From the NCBI RefSeq assembly GCF_009914755.1, contig NC_060936.1: a DNA stretch of 64,000 bases; one strand, written 5' to 3'. Each line of letters begins with the position of its first letter. The stretch's first letter is position 1. The position numbers and the translations under genes were made by a program. This DNA comes from the human T2T-CHM13v2.0 reference genome, Homo sapiens. This document shows positions 61,866 to 64,000 of the stretch, one piece after another. The notes below the pieces were generated by a model. The model worked only from the letters and a program-made list of their open reading frames with translations. It searched no databases and was not told the DNA's origin.

Positions 61866-63665
61866 CCCTCTACAAGGAAAGCTATAAAACACTGAAAAAA
61901 GAAACTGAAGAAGACATGAGAAAAATGGAAAGATATCCCATGTTCATAGAATGGAAAAATTAATATTGTTAAAATGTCCACAGTACCCAAAGTGATCTAC
62001 AGATTCAATGCAATCTCTATTAAAATACCAATAACATTCTTCTCACATAAATAAAAAAAAATCCTAAAATCTGTGTGGAACCACAAAAGACCCCAAATAG
62101 CCAAAAAAAAAAAAAAAAATCATCCTGAGCAAAAAGAACAAAGCTGGAGGCATCACACCACCAGCACCAGACTTCAAAATATAATCCAAAACTACAATAA
62201 CCTAAACAGCATTGTACAGGCATACAAACAGACATCAGACACATAAGCCAATGGAACAGAATAGAGAACTCAGAAATTAATCCACATATCTATAGACAAC
62301 AGATTTTGACAAAGGTGTCAAAAAAAAACTGGATAGCCACATGCAAAAGAATGAAACCAGACCCCCATCTCTCATTCAGTACAAAAATCAACTCAAAATG
62401 GATTAAGGATCTAAATGTAAGACTTTAAACTTAAAACTACTAGAAGTAAACATAGGCAAAAGGCTTCAGAACATTGGTCTGGGAAGGGATTTTATGAATA
62501 AGTCCTCATAAATACAGGCAACAAAAGCAAAAAAATAGACAAATGGGATTATATCAAACTAAAAAGCATCTACACAGCAAAAGAATCAATCAACAAATTA
62601 AAGAGACAACCTACGGAATGGCAGAAAATATTTGCCAATTATCTATCTTACACGGGACTAATAACCAAAATATTTAAGAAGCTCAAACAACTCATTAGCA
62701 AAAAATAATGATAATCTGATTAAAAATGGGCAAAAGACCTAGAATAGACATTGCTCAAAAGAGGACATACATATGGCCAACAGGTATATGAAGAAATGCT
62801 CAGCACCACTAATCATCAGGGAAATACAAATTAAAACCACAATAAGATATCATCTCACACCAGTTAGAATGGCTACTATCAGAAAGACAACAAATAACAA
62901 ATGCAGAGAAAAAGGAACTCATACATTGTTGGTGCGAATGTAAACTAGTACAGCCACTACAGAAAACAGTATGGAAGTTCTTTAGAAAACTACACATAGA
63001 ATTGCCATATTATCCAGCAATCCCACTACTGAGCATTTATCCAAAGGAAAAGAAACCAGCTTATCAAAGAGATGGCTACACTCTCATGTTTATTGCAGCA
63101 CTATTCACAATAGCCAAGATATGGATTGACCCAAGTGTCCAAGAAGAGATGAATGGATAAAGGAAATGTGGTATATATATACACAACAGAATACTATTTA
63201 GCCACAAAAACAATGAAATCCTGCCATCTGTGGCAACATGGTATAACTGGAGGACATTATATTAAGTGAAATAAGCTAAGAACAAACACTACATGTTCTC
63301 ACTTATAGGTGGAAGCAAAATAGTTGATCTCATAGAACTAAAAAGTAGATGAGAGGATAACAGGCTGGGAAGGCTAAGGGGAAGAGTGGGATACGGAGAG
63401 ATTTATTAAGAGATACATTATAGCCAGATGGGAGGAATAAGTTCTAATGTTCTATACCACTGTGGGATGACTACAGTTAACAATAATATATACAGTTAAT
63501 AATAAATAGCTAGAAGAGAGATTGAATGTTCCCAAGACAAAGAAATGAGAAATGTCTGAGATGATGAATATGGTAATTACCCTAACCTGATCACTATACA
63601 TTGTATGTATCAAAATCCCATAAATATCTACAATTATTATATGTCAATTAAAAATAAATAAATAA
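61866..63665 (+). mobile_element. L1PB/L1MA fragment: ORF2 3' portion (internally deleted, decayed) plus 3' UTR and A-rich tail
   Basis: gatctacagattcaatgcaatc...aagaacaaagctggaggcatcac...catctcacaccagttagaatggc. Confidence 0.9.
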
Positions 63666-64000
63666 GAGCCTGGAGCATGGGAGGATGGGGGTGGGAGATG
63701 TGGTCAATCATCTTGCCATCAGGATAAAAAGGGTGGGGGGCTCTGCCACTTTCACTGTGACAACCCCTCCCAAACACCAAGACCCCTGACAAAGGGCGGA
63801 GATTAAATAAACTGCACAATGGGTACCTCAAAATATTCCCAACCAGGTAAAAAGAAGTTCCCTTTGGAGATCTTATCTCCCCAAAATGTTCCAGCGGAAC
63901 CACATTCCTCCACAGAGGCTCCATTCAGAGAGCACTCGGGAGGCGTCTAGGGGCATGAAGAGTGAACTCTACCTCGGTGCCTTGTGCTAACCACAGCAGG

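Overview
Human (primate) genomic DNA lying entirely inside KSR2 (kinase suppressor of Ras 2), which is transcribed from the minus strand. Only one KSR2 coding exon is present: 514 bp at 10270-10783, encoding the proline-rich CA2 region and the RSKSHE motif within an exonic CpG island. The rest is intron, dominated by Alu, L1, MaLR/ERV1 solo LTRs, a full-length Tigger1, MER DNA-transposon relics and three large simple tandem arrays. Almost all ORFs in the supplied track are repeat artefacts. The most interesting unexplained structures are: (1) a candidate in-frame 114-nt cryptic KSR2 exon (22139-22026) whose donor abuts a ~1 kb UG-rich VNTR, the architecture of TDP-43-repressed cryptic exons; (2) a ~1.9 kb VNTR presenting ~85-90 UGCAUG (RBFOX) motifs in the KSR2 pre-mRNA; (3) an L1 3' transduction with its own AATAAA, poly(A) and TSD; (4) an old local inverted duplication bracketed by a 17-bp direct repeat and later split by a MER4A1 LTR; (5) a speculative antisense exon chain. 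Repeat subfamily names are from recall of consensus sequences, not alignments, and boundaries without TSDs are approximate. All functional claims are hypotheses.
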